Shown here: in pieces, positions 39,151-51,530 of the stretch
Layout of the letters: every line of letters starts with the position of its first letter
How positions within the stretch are numbered: the stretch's first letter is position 1
Assembly (NCBI GenBank): GCA_024137785.1
Contig: JAHRHZ010000105.1
Location: 6,700,219 to 6,764,218, forward strand
DNA from: Ginglymostoma cirratum
Lineage: Eukaryota
Reading direction: 5' to 3'
DNA length: 64,000 nucleotides
Translations under genes and position numbers: made by a program
Notes under the pieces: model-generated
What the model saw: only the letters and a program-made list of their open reading frames with translations
The model's database searches: none
Told to the model about the DNA's origin: nothing

Positions 39151-42100
39151 ATTCTTCTTAGAGAAGGGAAGATTAAGAGGAGCATTGAAAGTTATGCACA
39201 AAGTGGTTAGGGTCTGGCAGGCGCTGCTTGCGAGTATAATGAAGCCAGATTCAACGTGCCTTTCAAAAGTGAATTGGCCGATAATCTGAAGACACTAAAT
39301 GTTTGGGGCCACAGAAAGAAGGCGTGGGGAAGGTAGTGCTGTGACAATTGCACAACGTTGTGGTTTGAGTGTTGTAAGTTTTGGAAGAATCGAACAGTGG
39401 AAACGACAAAAAAAAACTATGGAAGTGACGATAAAAATCTGGAAAGGGAGAGGGCTTCACAATAAAATTAACGAAATGACATATTTCTCGGACTCTGCAG
39501 AACACAGCCAATGAAACAGTATCATTTTACCTTGATCTACACTAGACTGATCTCAAATCTGTAAAAAGTCATTCATTCTTCCTACAGTGAAAGAGTCCTA
39601 TTCCTCCCTAGACCAAATGCATGTCATTTCACAAAACTAAAGAGATGTGTCAAATATCAAGGAAACTGAACATTCATCGCCTGAAGGAAAATAACCGTTT
39701 GACTTCGTCAATGCTTGCACGTAAAAGTGGGGAATAAACTCTTGAAATAAGTGGCCTGTTAAGAGTAAAACATTACGTGCTGGCCTTTGTTATGAATGTT
39801 TTGAGAGAGTAACACCGACACAGTTTGACATATTAAGGTGTAAACGGAGCTGGAAGACGACTTCCTTTGTTGTCGATGTAAACCATGCTTTTGGGGCCTC
39901 GGTGACACAGAGAGCTATAGAGACTGGGCAGCTCTTGGAGGAAATGTCACCAATTCAAGCGTGGCGTCATTGCTTTTAAATTTCCTCGTGTCGTGGCTTT
40001 TGACGAAGAAAAACAGATTTGCAATTGTCTAAACGGAAGGTACACGGCAGGGAAGAGTGAGCTACGGTATGGTTCTAGTTACCTAAGCCTCGAGATCTGC
40101 AACTCAATTTGTACACCTCTCTACCTTTTTCCCTTGCTTTCCTCCTTCCAGCCGATCCATGCAACCCACCTCTTTTAACCGACCTTTGATCTAATGTCTC
40201 CTCATTTGTTTACATGTCAGCCTCGTTTTACAATGCTCCTACTAAGTGACCTGGGACTTTTCATTAAATTAGAGGCGCCATGTCACGACAAGTTGTGTTG
40301 CGAAGTTTGTGTGATTGGAGAGATGGACCACAAATGTATCAACCAAGCAATTACTGTAAGTGTGTGTGTGTGTCGGGGCGAGTGGGGGGTGCGGAGCTGG
40401 ACACCAATGAAATGAATGGTCCCGAGTCCCATCACAACATTCCAAATTGGAAGCTTGCGACATTGAGAGAATGTTGAAACAACGTGTTGCATTATGATGT
40501 CAATACTTGCGCTCAGGGAGGGGTTTGGGATGAGGGAGGGATGGGAGGCTCTCAGCTATCTCGCCCCCACACATGGCTTGGCTCTGATACGTCACGCTTC
40601 GCCTCATCCTCTACTTCAGGGAACTTATTTGGTGTGGGGTGACACATGAACACTTTCTATTATACACAGTTCGCCCGGATACTTTCCAGATCAACTATAA
40701 TGAAAGCCAGAAAATTCCAGCCTTCCAGAGAGCCCGAGGACACAGCAAGCGGACTGAACAAAACTGCACCCATCTGAACGGTGAAAACTCCAATCTAAGA
40801 CCCTGGATGCATGTCAATGCTTCAGTGTGCTGTTTACTGTGTCAAATGCCCAACTTGGTACATAACAATGAAATGTATTTCACATTCAGTACCGGTTAAA
40901 GGACTGACATACAGCGAGGATCTTAGCCTGGAGTTTGCACGTTTGAAATTGGCGCAGCAAGTGTACCTCCTTAAGAATGCTAGTTATTCCTGTTTAAACT
41001 TGGATCTGGGATGTGCGTTGAAAAATAATTGAAAATACATTCATAATAACACAATATCCAATCATTTCGGAGAATCACTAACGAACTGCGATATTTAATT
41101 TGTTTCGAGGAATAAAGTGGTTTTGTAATTCCGAGTAGAATAACATCGAGAAAGAGGGGCAAGTTTGTATTTTAAAAAGAAAATCTGCGAGGCTTCCCAA
41201 ATTGTTCGGAGAATTCTAATTGTGGAAAGGTTGGAAGCCCCAAGGGCAGCGAATAGTCCTTTAATAACCTGGTTGAAAACCCTCATGCGTGACACAAATA
41301 GACTCCGGCACAGCGCTTTAAGTCTGACATGTGCTGGAATTTACCGCTGACACACTCTGGCCATTTTGCTGAGAATGATCAGTAACGTCTTCGTTGATTT
41401 CTTCCAGATTGATGGAAAGCAGCCAGCCGTTGGTTAAAACGACGCTTGGTGTCGATTATTATGACAACCTAATGCAATAACATCCAATTAAAGAACCAAG
41501 GTGACCCCACACTTTTTCACAATGTTTAAACAAAACGCCGACTAGCCTGGTGTCTGGAATGGAGCTGCTTTATGCAATTATGAATCAGTTGGCATTATTC
41601 CAAATGTTTCCCAGGGAGCTGTAAGCTAATAGTTCGGGCGTCATTTTGGCGACGATCTGCGTTGCAGTTTTATTTTTGTTGCGTTTATATACAAATACCG
41701 CAGGCTACATACTTTCGCAAGTCCATTACAGAGATGGAATGGAACACCAAACTCGTAACACTTCCTTCACTTGTCTGTTTATACCTTTTCCCCACTGTGC
41801 AAAAGTAATTTCCAATGGCAACATTGTCATTAAGGTTGGTTTTAGCAGCAGATTTTATAATAGGAGTTACAGAGAACCAGAAATAACACCTGAAATCAGA
41901 ACCTGGTATACCAGGCAGGCGAGTTTCACAGTGGGACGAATATAGCCATCAGGCTAATTTTTTATTGGGCTTGGCTTAAGCATGAAAAGGGTCCTATTTT
42001 GGGGTTACAGTTGATTGGAAAAACGTGGTTATTTTGCAAAATATAGGACCGGAAACGGCTGTCTTTGACAACAATCTTTTTAGTATTATTGATGAATTAA

Positions 42101-45099
42101 ATACTCTCAGAAGCAGCAGCTTCTTGGTGCCCGAGGCATTTTTCCGCCTTTCTGCCCCACTGGTAAAGAAAAGGATGACATAACGATGATTCTCGACTTC
42201 CATTTTTGCAGTGTGGAGATGGAGTAAATGTAAACCCCCTCTACTGTACCGCACACACAAGTTTGCAGGTCGTCTGAATCATACACACTGGGGACTTTCC
42301 AAATGTGATTTATGTCGCTTGTTGGATACAGCAATGGGAAGAAAAAAAGAATCAACTGCACAGGAAATCTGTTCACAAGCAACATATGGAATCCAAATAC
42401 ATGGTCAATGAATCCCGAATATTTTATGGGCAGATTCTGTGTCTGTTGCTTGTAACTTTCAGCCAAAAGTGCAACCTATTGAGTTCTCCGAATTACTGCA
42501 TTCACCAACCTTGCAAATCGATGTATCGATTCCTTGCTACAAATTAATAGCAAAAATATAACGAGGCCCGTATTGGATCAACACACATTACAAGTGTGCG
42601 TCAGCTTTCAGCACTCTGGTACTCATGAGGGACCAGAAATGTTCAATTCTGTTGATGACAAAGCCTAAAAATCAGTTTAAAACTTGTATATTTCCCCTCC
42701 AAATGATCCGGAAGTATCTTAATTATCTGAGCTTTTATGGTTGTCCTTTGCAAATACTGTCGGTGCATGTTTTTCGTCGATGTTTTAATAAGTCTGCATG
42801 ATATCGAACCACCATTCAATTTCCTCTGATTACATTTGTATAGTTACACTCCGAGAAGAATTCCTGTTGGTGCAGCCGTAATAAAAACGCAACATTTCAG
42901 AGTGAGACTGGATGTTCGTTCCATCAGGTATTTCAGCACATCTTGCATTTAACACGTTTAAAGTTCTGGTCAGATAGAAAACAGTTTATAAAAACATTTT
43001 CCAAAGCGCATTTTTTAAGAAAAAGGACATGAATTCTGCCCCTTGGCAAATTATATTTATGTGTTGGAACACCACAGTAAACATTTAAATCACAGACTTT
43101 AACAGTCTAAACACCCTTTCGTCAAGATTAAATGGATAAACATCTCACAATCCTTTTAATCAATGCTCCACACTGCCCTGGTGAAGCCACAAACTATAAC
43201 ATGTTATAAAATGTTACGATCTCATAAACATGCTTGAACCCTAGTTTGGTTCATTTTCCGTCAGACAATATTTTCAGTACAATATGAGCTAATGGAGGGC
43301 ATATGCGAAACAAAACGATCACTAAATGTGGCAACGGATAAGATCCCACTTACCGTACTCCTTGATCTAACCCTACACCTCTCCCTATTTGCTCCCAATA
43401 GAAGCTATCTGCTTCCACAAATATTAATTCCCCCAATTCAGAGTGTGGGTTAAACTAGCTCTGTACCTTAAGAGAAATCACACTCTCTACTAACCTTAAT
43501 ATGAGAACTGACATCAAGACCGCAGCCAGGAAAACAGCCACTTGTGGTGTGTTCCAATAAGTAGGCCCAAAACCATCACCCAGGATTGAAATAATCATTT
43601 TACAGGAATTTATGGTCAATGTCTACTCTGTAAAGTGAAAGATCATCAAATCTCTTCAATTTCACTCACCTTCTGAAATGAAAATCATTATTTCCCAAAG
43701 CCCGATGTAAGAGTTAACATTCACAGGATGGTAGTCCTTTCAATAAACCTGTTTCTAAATTAACAAGAGGTTACCTAATTTCAACATAAATTAGTCAAAT
43801 AAAAGGGAAAAGCATTCCATATGGATTACCTCCGTCCATATGTTCTTTGAATTATATCTATTAATTCAGTGTGAGTATACATTTTTAACTTGTACAAAGG
43901 CAGTGGAGGTAAATATGTTTCTGGGCCAAGGGCAGATTCCAGCGTGCAACTCGATTTCTTGCATCATTTAGAGGCATTAATTCACAGTCAAACTGAAAAT
44001 CTAGCTACCAAGCGTGAGTTTGAATTTATTTCAATGATTGACTAAATGGCATTAGGCCTGACTTATGATAATTATGTAACTAATTATAATTTATAGCAAC
44101 TGGACATTGCCAACGAGAGGGTTTGGTTTTTTTAAAAGGAAGTAATGTATAATAAGTATAATATGGGCCTGAATATCAACAGGATAAAAATTGGGGATTA
44201 CTTTTGATACCGTCATCGTTACCGTTTTTCCCCAGCATTGCTGGAACAAATAACTTCTACTTGTTACATTTTATACCTAGCTCCATTCACATGGTTCCAA
44301 TGTAGTTGACTGGTATGACTGCTCAACAGATTTTACTAATGTGAATAAACATACACACTAGGATAGTGCAGTGGCCCTAATTGTCCGTTGTCTCCTGATC
44401 TACCAAAATTAAATGTTAGGTTGTGATTTATTGGCCTACCACTAACATTTGATTTTCTTTTGTTAAACAAGATATATATCGCCTAGTCTTAATGAAACGT
44501 ATACACTATTTTAAAATATCTAGGATTATTCCTGTCAGCCGGAGGGATGCCTCTTTAATGGACAATGAACTTTTCTTTGTCGTGACCAGTCCTGAAGATA
44601 GTTTTAGTTCGTGCACCGCCTTTGGAGGATTGCAACAACAAACATGCTCCCTTTGAATCATAGATATGAAAATGTTACATGTCCCACTCGATTCACCTGA
44701 TCTGTTCTTTTTTTTTCTCGTGCTTCCACACATCAGTGACGCTTACTTCCCCGAAACTGTATAGGGACGTGGATGGCTGGCTTTTGGAGGAACGCATCTA
44801 GATTCCTCTTTGTTTTCTACATCAGATGTTTCCTATTATTATAACTTTTGGTTAGTAAGTTGGTGCATCTAAGGTTCACAGTCGGCAGCATTTCTTTGTT
44901 GGAATTCATGTTTTTTTTTAAAAAAAACGCGAAATACATATTTTATTGACTGTGATTTGATGGAAATGTCATTTTAAAACATAAACCCTCTGCGCATTGT
45001 TAAGTGTAACAGTCACTGCCTAATTGTGTTTTTTCCCTTCCCTCCCAAGTCGCAACATCAATAATGTTTCCCACACACTCTTCACTCCCTTTGTCCTCC

Positions 45100-45444
45100 C
45101 TTCTCTTCCAGCTCTGGTCCTCCACTATCCCGGCATGCCTTCCACCTCAGGGCCCGCCCGCACGCCGTGACTGGTCATTTTCCTACACCCTCGCCCATTT
45201 CCGTGCAACCAAACGTGCTTTCGCCGCGGCGCTGACAGACGGCATAATAGACCAATCACAACGACATTAGAACCGGCGGGCCAATCGTACAGAGGTCAGG
45301 AGGTCGGACCATTTGTGCATCAAGTTTGGATGAACGGCAGCTAGAATCCTGAAGTGGAGATTATTTTTTAAATTTTTTTTGCTCTGAAAGTTAGGAAAAT
45401 ATTGTGAAAATTACTGTAATTGGTTCGACTGACAACTATACAGA
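45100..45444 (+). promoter_or_regulatory. PSMB3: PSMB3 promoter and 5'UTR
   Basis: CpG cluster, GC box GGCCCGCCCG 45151-45160, two CCAAT boxes (45252-45256, 45281-45285), no TATA; directly upstream of ATG|GTGAGT. Confidence 0.75.
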
Positions 45445-45447
45445 ATG
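45445..45447 (+). CDS. PSMB3: PSMB3 coding exon 1 (ATG only)
   Basis: CAGAATG|GTGAGT consensus donor; phase 0 fits exon 2; completes a 618-nt, 205-aa CDS. Confidence 0.8.
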
Positions 45448-46771
45448 GTGAGTGATGAAAGGGAAAGTATTCAAAAATATAACTCCTTTTGCGCTGATTT
45501 ACAGCTTGTTTAATTTGCACATTAGAATGAGCCAGGCCTGACCTGACTAATGTGGCCTTTACTTTCTCTTTTAAGGCAAGACACATTTTATATTGTTTAA
45601 GTTTCATTTTAAACCTTAAGACGGTTCAGGTAATTTTATTACAATTATTAATGGTCTTTCTTTACCTAAAGGTGTGCCACAGAAATTTTAGATCCCCTTT
45701 TTAGGTAGTAATCCATTACAGGCTGATCCACTACAGTTTTAGGATGTTTTTTTCAATTATAATTTATTTTTCCTTTCTTCATAAGGCTTGTGTTTATTTT
45801 AACTTTCCAGTTATGATCCATTTTACCTGAGGAAGCATTCCTTCAGGATTTTAAGGTCTTAATGTCTGGATTCAACAGTAACTTCCTCTACCATATTTAC
45901 AGTTGGTTGACTTGCATTTTTGCTCCATTTTACAGTTTGATAAATTTCTTTTTTTATTTTGTCTTTCTGTCTAACCTACTGAATTTAAAAGAAAAATTCA
46001 GATTTGTATAGATTTGCAGGACTTCTTGATAACTTTAACACGGTGTGTTGGTGTACTTCTGTAGCAGAATGAAATACCTCCCAGGTTCTTTAGTTTATCT
46101 ACAGTCTCATTTCTGGAACCTTTTTTTTTTGTAAATCTTCTCTGCACTGTCGTCTTAGTGCCTTTGCCTCCTTCCTTATGCACGGTGCTCAGAAATTGAT
46201 TCAATTTCCTGTTGACCCAAACTTGTATTTTATAAAGTTTTACCATAACCTTCTTGCATATTTATTCTCTGCCTCTGGTTGTAAAGCCCGGGATCCCATA
46301 TCCCAAACCTTTCTCAAACTGCCTTATTTACCTATATTTTGATGAAAGTATCTTGCCAGGCGGTGTAATGCATTAAAAGTTATCCACTGGATTTTTTAAA
46401 CATTTTTTTGTGATATCTCAAAATTTGTAGTGCTCAGGAGAATGCTTTTTAAATAATAAAGTAGTTGAGTTTAATTTTTTTCCTTAATCATGATTTGGAA
46501 TTATGGTGAGATGGATTCACCCATCAAATGCTGCAGAGGTCTTGTGGCACAGTGGCAAAGTTCCCAGCATTTGGGCCAGAGGCACTGAGTTAACGTCACA
46601 TTCCAGGACTTGTTGATCATGGAGGTTGTATTCCTACACAGTTCAATATGATGATAATCATCCTGGGAATCTTTCCACACCTTCCCACTATTCCTCAAAG
46701 TATGTGTGATGATATACAAATAAAAAAGCATTGTAGGAGTTCCTAACTTGTTTTTCCTTCTCTTCCAACAG

Positions 46772-46956
46772 TCACACATGTCATATAATGGTGGGGCTGT
46801 TATGGCCATGCGGGGTAAAGATTGTGTGGCAATAGCAGCTGACAGACGGTTTGGAATTCAGGCACAGTTGGTGACGACTGACTTCCAGAAAATCTTTCCA
46901 ATGGGTGAAAGGTTATTTATTGGACTGGCTGGTCTCGGCACAGATGTACAGACGGT
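46772..46956 (+). CDS. PSMB3: PSMB3 exon 2 (proteasome subunit beta type-3)
   Basis: CAG|...|GTAAGT, 185 nt: [62 protein letters not shown]. Confidence 0.98.
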
Positions 46957-47103
46957 GTAAGTATTCTGGCAGAGGTTAACTGTTTCACCTTTGTTAAGAG
47001 ATAAGACGTCCTCAGTTAGACAGAGGATTAGCCAGTTCAGGTCTGTCTTGGGTTATTGATTTTAATAAAGGGAGCTGGTAAACCAGTTACGGATTTGGAA
47101 ATA

Positions 47104-47299
47104 ACAAGGTGCAGAGCTGGATGAACACAGCAGGTCAAGCAGCATCAGAGGAGCAGGAACGCTGACGTTTCGGGCCTAGACCCTTCTTCAGACTTCAGCC
47201 TTCCTGCTCCTCTGATGCTGCATGGCCTGCTGTGTTCATCCAGCTCTGCACCTTGTTATCTCAGATTCTCCAGCATCTGCAGTTCCTGCTATCTCTGAA
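47104..47299. mobile_element. Fold-back mini Penelope insertion (family A) in PSMB3 intron 2
   Basis: TSD ACGGATTTGGAAATA at 47089-47103 and 47300-47314; minus-strand core CTGAAGAAGGGTCTAGGCCCGAAACGTC at 47191-47164. Confidence 0.88.
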
Positions 47300-47749
47300 A
47301 CGGATTTGGAAATACCAGGTTTTGTTACCTGTGCTGGTTTTAAGGGATAATCCTCCTCCTGATTCCAATGTAGTGAATCGTGCTGTAAAATTCATGTCTG
47401 GTGAACTGATGTATAAACCAAGTATATGGTTGTACGCGCCACCTGGCATTAGGTACAAAGAATAGCCTCTTGGGTAAGATATTGGCTTTCCAGCCAAAGA
47501 CACCTTTAGAGTGAAGGAGAGTAGAGAGAACTTTGAGACCTCTGAAGTTCAAGTGACAGAATTTCACAGAATTGTTATGGTGCAGAATGAGACCATTCTA
47601 CCCATCATGTCTGCACTGGTTCTATTACCTTGTCCTTTCTGGTTTGATTTCCCCAGAATTTCCTGACAAATGCAAGTAATAACGATGCCAACTCACACTG
47701 TTGGCACTTGACCCATATTCTGCACTGAATAGCTCTGTATACACAAGAG

Positions 47750-48160
47750 AGTTGGCTTATGTGGAGACATTGAGTAGAAAGGGTCTATATTCTCTGGAGT
47801 TTAGAATAAGAGGGTGCTCTCATACAAATATTTAACATACTTAGTGGGCTTGATGGGATTAATTCTGAGGGGCTGTTTCTCCTGTCTGGAAAGACGAGAA
47901 CTGGGCCTCATGTCAGGGTGAGATATTAACAATTTAAGACACCAAATGAGGAGAACTGTTGTGAATCTTTGGAATTCCTCTGCCAATAGTCCTGGATACT
48001 CAATCTTTGATAAGCATATTCGAGAGTGAGACTGACAGTTTCTTGGGTAGTGATAGAACTATGGGATTGGATAGATCTGGAAAATGGAATTCAGGTAGAA
48101 CATTGTGTTCGATGGCAAAGCAGGTTTGAAAAGCAGCTCTCCTGCTTGTATTCCTAGAGT
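47750..48160 (+). mobile_element. Decayed CR1 3' fragment
   Basis: TATATTCTCTGGAGTTTAGAA...GTTGTGAATCTTTGGAATTC. Confidence 0.65.
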
Positions 48161-48654
48161 TCATACGGTTGTGTACTTCAGAAGGAAATGTTTCTTTGCC
48201 ACAGCGATTGCACTTCTAATTATCTGATGATGTGTGCTGCAGTAATCATTTTAAAAGCAATTTAAATGTAGGTCCCCAAGACCTCATTTAGTTCCTCCAG
48301 TGACGAGAATTATGTAAATTATGAATTTACAAATTTGATTCTGTGTGCTGTATTAGGAGATTACAGCCAGGCAGGAGTATGTAGTCATTGTAATCAACTT
48401 TTGGGCGTGTTATGACACGTGTCCAGGGTGGATGGAAGTTGAACCTGGACCTTCTTGCCCAAAGGTAGGGACAGTACCATCATCATGCAAGAGCTCTCTT
48501 ACGACCTGTTAATGTGGATAAAGACTTTGGAGATGTGCGAAATGTGAGCTTAAGGACTCGCCTGCTGTTTGTGAAATGTTGTGTCTGAAGTGTTATCCCA
48601 AGGTGGGGCTGGAGAATGTAGAGTTGGTCTGATAGGTGATACGTTAAGAAGAAA

Positions 48655-48958
48655 TCATAGAATCTCTACTATGTGGAAGCAGCCATCCCACTCAGACTGC
48701 ACCCCCCTTCCCCCCCTCCCCCGACCATCCCTGTAACCCTGCATTTCCCATGGCTAACCCACCTAGCTAGCACGTCCTTGAACATTATGAGCAATTTAGC
48801 ATGGCCAGTCCACCTAAACCTGCACATCTTTGGACTTTGGGAGGAAACTGGATCACCACGCAGACACAGAGAATGTGCAACCTCCATACAACAGTTGTCC
48901 AAGGATGGAATTGAACCTGGGTCCCCGGCGCTGTGAGGCAACAGTGCTAACCACTGAG
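48655..48958 (-). mobile_element. HE1 (V-SINE) elasmobranch SINE
   Basis: Minus strand reads CTCAGTGGTTAGCACTGTTGCCTCACAGCGCCGGGGACCCAGGTTCAATTCC...TTTCCTCCCAAAGTCCAAAGATGTGCAGG...GGCCATGCTAAATTGC. Confidence 0.88.
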
Positions 48959-50245
48959 TAACATCAACTTATGTTCTGCACCTGGTTGCAGTCTGGCATC
49001 CCATTTTCAATAGGTGCCATTTAAATTGGATTTTAGCTGAGACAAGTTTGACTGTCTCTGCCCAGTAGTGTTGGAGTAGGCCCTTGCTTTTGATGTCTAT
49101 TTGTAAATAATACATTCTTGGGTGAGGCAGCAGTGTGAGAGTGGCACCTGTATAACCATGCCTCCCATTTCTTCATTTCTACACTGTTAAATGCCAGTCT
49201 TACTAACAGTGTTGACCATCTGAGTTGCACTTGCACGACTGTGGAGCAGTGGGATGCTTCAGCAGATGGTTAAGAGGTAGCCACGTTGGGAGATGAACAA
49301 CATAAAAACAGGGGTCAGCCATTCACCCACATCGGTGAGAGCATGTCTTATCTATATCCTAACACCAACCACCCAATTAATTGCTGCTTGTTTGCCTTTA
49401 TTTCACCCTTTGTTACAGCACCAAAATGTTTTGCATATGAGAAAGAAATCACCCAATGGGAGTTTCTCTTTTCCAAAACCTGTTGTTCTTGAAGATTATG
49501 GGACTGAATCCTGTGCCAGTCCTCTTTATGTGATTCTGTTCGCTGCAACAGTTTACATTTGTATCAGTACTGAATGTTGGAAAATGAGGTGCTTCACAGA
49601 AGACTTGTCAAACAAAAGTTGATATTGAAACTAAGGAGGAGTATTAACAGGGATGTCTGAATTCTTGGACAAAGGGATAGATGTTCTGACAATCTAAAAG
49701 CAAGAGAGGGAGAGACAGAAGATGTTTTAAAGAGGGAATTAAAGAGCTTAGTCCCTAGATAGAGGAACGGCGCAGCATGCAGTGATAGGATGAAGGGACT
49801 GGGAAACGTTCAACCGGTCGGAGTTGGAGATTCACACAACATTTTCTGATTACAGCTCTGTGCCACGAAAGAAATATCTAAAATGCATTATGCAGTTTTT
49901 TGGTCTTATTAAATGCAGGCAAGTTCTGGCATTTTGCTGATGGAACCAGCTATACTACCCAAGTGGATTATTTTATTTTTAATGAGAATTGCAATTTTGG
50001 AATATACGTGGGAGCTGATCAGAAATCTGCCCACAGCCTACTAGCTAACATGCTGTTTTTCTTAAAAAGAGTTTACATAAGATCTGGTTTGCTCCATTTC
50101 CAACACTATAGGCTTCTGCATTTCAGAATAATCTGCCAGATGTCACAAAAGTTAGTGAATGCCTCAGTACAAGTTAAATATTGTCTCCCTTTATGGCTTG
50201 AAGTAGTCCACTACTGCTAATGCATATTTCCATTTTATTTTATAG

Positions 50246-50353
50246 ATCACAGCGACTCAAATTCAGGTTGAACCTGTATGAATTAAAAGAAGGCAGACAG
50301 ATCAAACCAAAAACGTTTATGAGCATGGTCTCAAATCTCCTCTATGAGCGACG
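50246..50353 (+). CDS. PSMB3: PSMB3 exon 3
   Basis: TAG|...|GTAGGT, 108 nt: [36 protein letters not shown]; absent from the ORF track. Confidence 0.97.
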
Positions 50354-50487
50354 GTAGGTTAAATATTCCAAATTCTTGTGAAGTGGTCGATGTTGTACAC
50401 CATTGTATTGTATGATTCTCAAATTTAAGTTTGCATTACTAACTCTCACACAAACATAATGTTCTGTACACATGTATCATCCTGTAA

Positions 50488-50813
50488 GGGGAGGTGATGG
50501 CCGAGTGGTATCAATGGTAGACTGTTAATCCAGAGACCCAGGTAATGTTCTGGGGACCCAGGTTCAAATCCTGCCCCAGCAGATGGTGGAATTTGAAACA
50601 ATAATAATAATATGACCATCGAACCATTATCGATTGTCAGGAAAAAACCATCTGGTTCACTAATGTTCTTTAGGGAAGGAAAGGCTGCCATCCTTACCTG
50701 ATCTGGCCAAATATGACCCCAAACCCAGCAATGTGGTTGATTTTAACTGCCCTCTGGCAGTAAATGCTGGCCTAGCCAGTGACATCCACATCCCATGAAT
50801 GAATAGAAAAAAA
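50488..50813 (+). mobile_element. SINE family X, full length
   Basis: tRNA-like head (TGGCCGAGTGG; GGTTCAAATCC), body and A-rich tail. Confidence 0.88.
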
Positions 50814-50866
50814 AGGCCTACAGTTTTTACACTCTAAACTGCTTATGTGAACTGTACAGAGTCCTT

Positions 50867-51025
50867 GATAACAAGCATGGGGCTGGATGAACACAGCAGG
50901 TCAAGCAGCATCATAGGAGCAGGAAAACTTGACGTTTCGGGCCTAAACCCTTCATCAGAAATGGGGGAGGGCAAGAGGGTTCTGAAATAAATAGGGAGAG
51001 AGGGGGAGGCGGATAGAGGATGGAT
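50867..51025 (-). mobile_element. Family-A Penelope terminus with canonical CTGATGA hammerhead core
   Basis: TSD AGAGTCCTT at 50858-50866 and 51026-51034; core on minus strand at 50958-50931; colinear with 62209-62370. Confidence 0.85.
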
Positions 51026-51352
51026 AGAGTCCTTATTGATTTTTGAGAGATCTTCAAAATCTAACTCCCAGTAACAGATAAGAACCTGTTGTGGCCTGTA
51101 AATGGTGCAATTTACCAGCGTGGTCCTGCTGAGGGTGCAGTCGAGCTATATTGCTGTGGATGTGCCATTGGGCACTGCAATAGTCTGTCTGAACCAGGAC
51201 ATTAAAACTGTAAATTAGTGTTCTGTGTTGTACGCTGTCCCTCAATTGCCTTATTCAATTTGATGAAGTCTGGGTCTCAGTGTTTCTTTTATGAGAAATG
51301 ACTTTTATGTGATGTGGATTTGTTTTCTTCTTATTACTTTCATCCTTCACAG

Positions 51353-51530
51353 ATTTGGCCCATACTATGTTGAACCAGTGATTGCAGGTCTTGATCCAAA
51401 AACCTACCAACCATTTATTTGTTCGCTTGACTTAATTGGCTGCCCAATGGAGACCGAAGACTTTGTGGTCAGTGGAACATGCTCAGAACAAATGTACGGA
51501 ATGTGTGAATCCCTTTGGGAACCAGACATG
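51353..51530 (+). CDS. PSMB3: PSMB3 exon 4
   Basis: CAG|...|GTGAGT, 178 nt: [59 protein letters not shown]. Confidence 0.98.

Noticed and set aside
3600-45000. Hidden COMMD3-like, SPAG6-like or PCGF coding exons
   Set aside because: None recognised by eye; short exons cannot be excluded without tBLASTn or RNA-seq.
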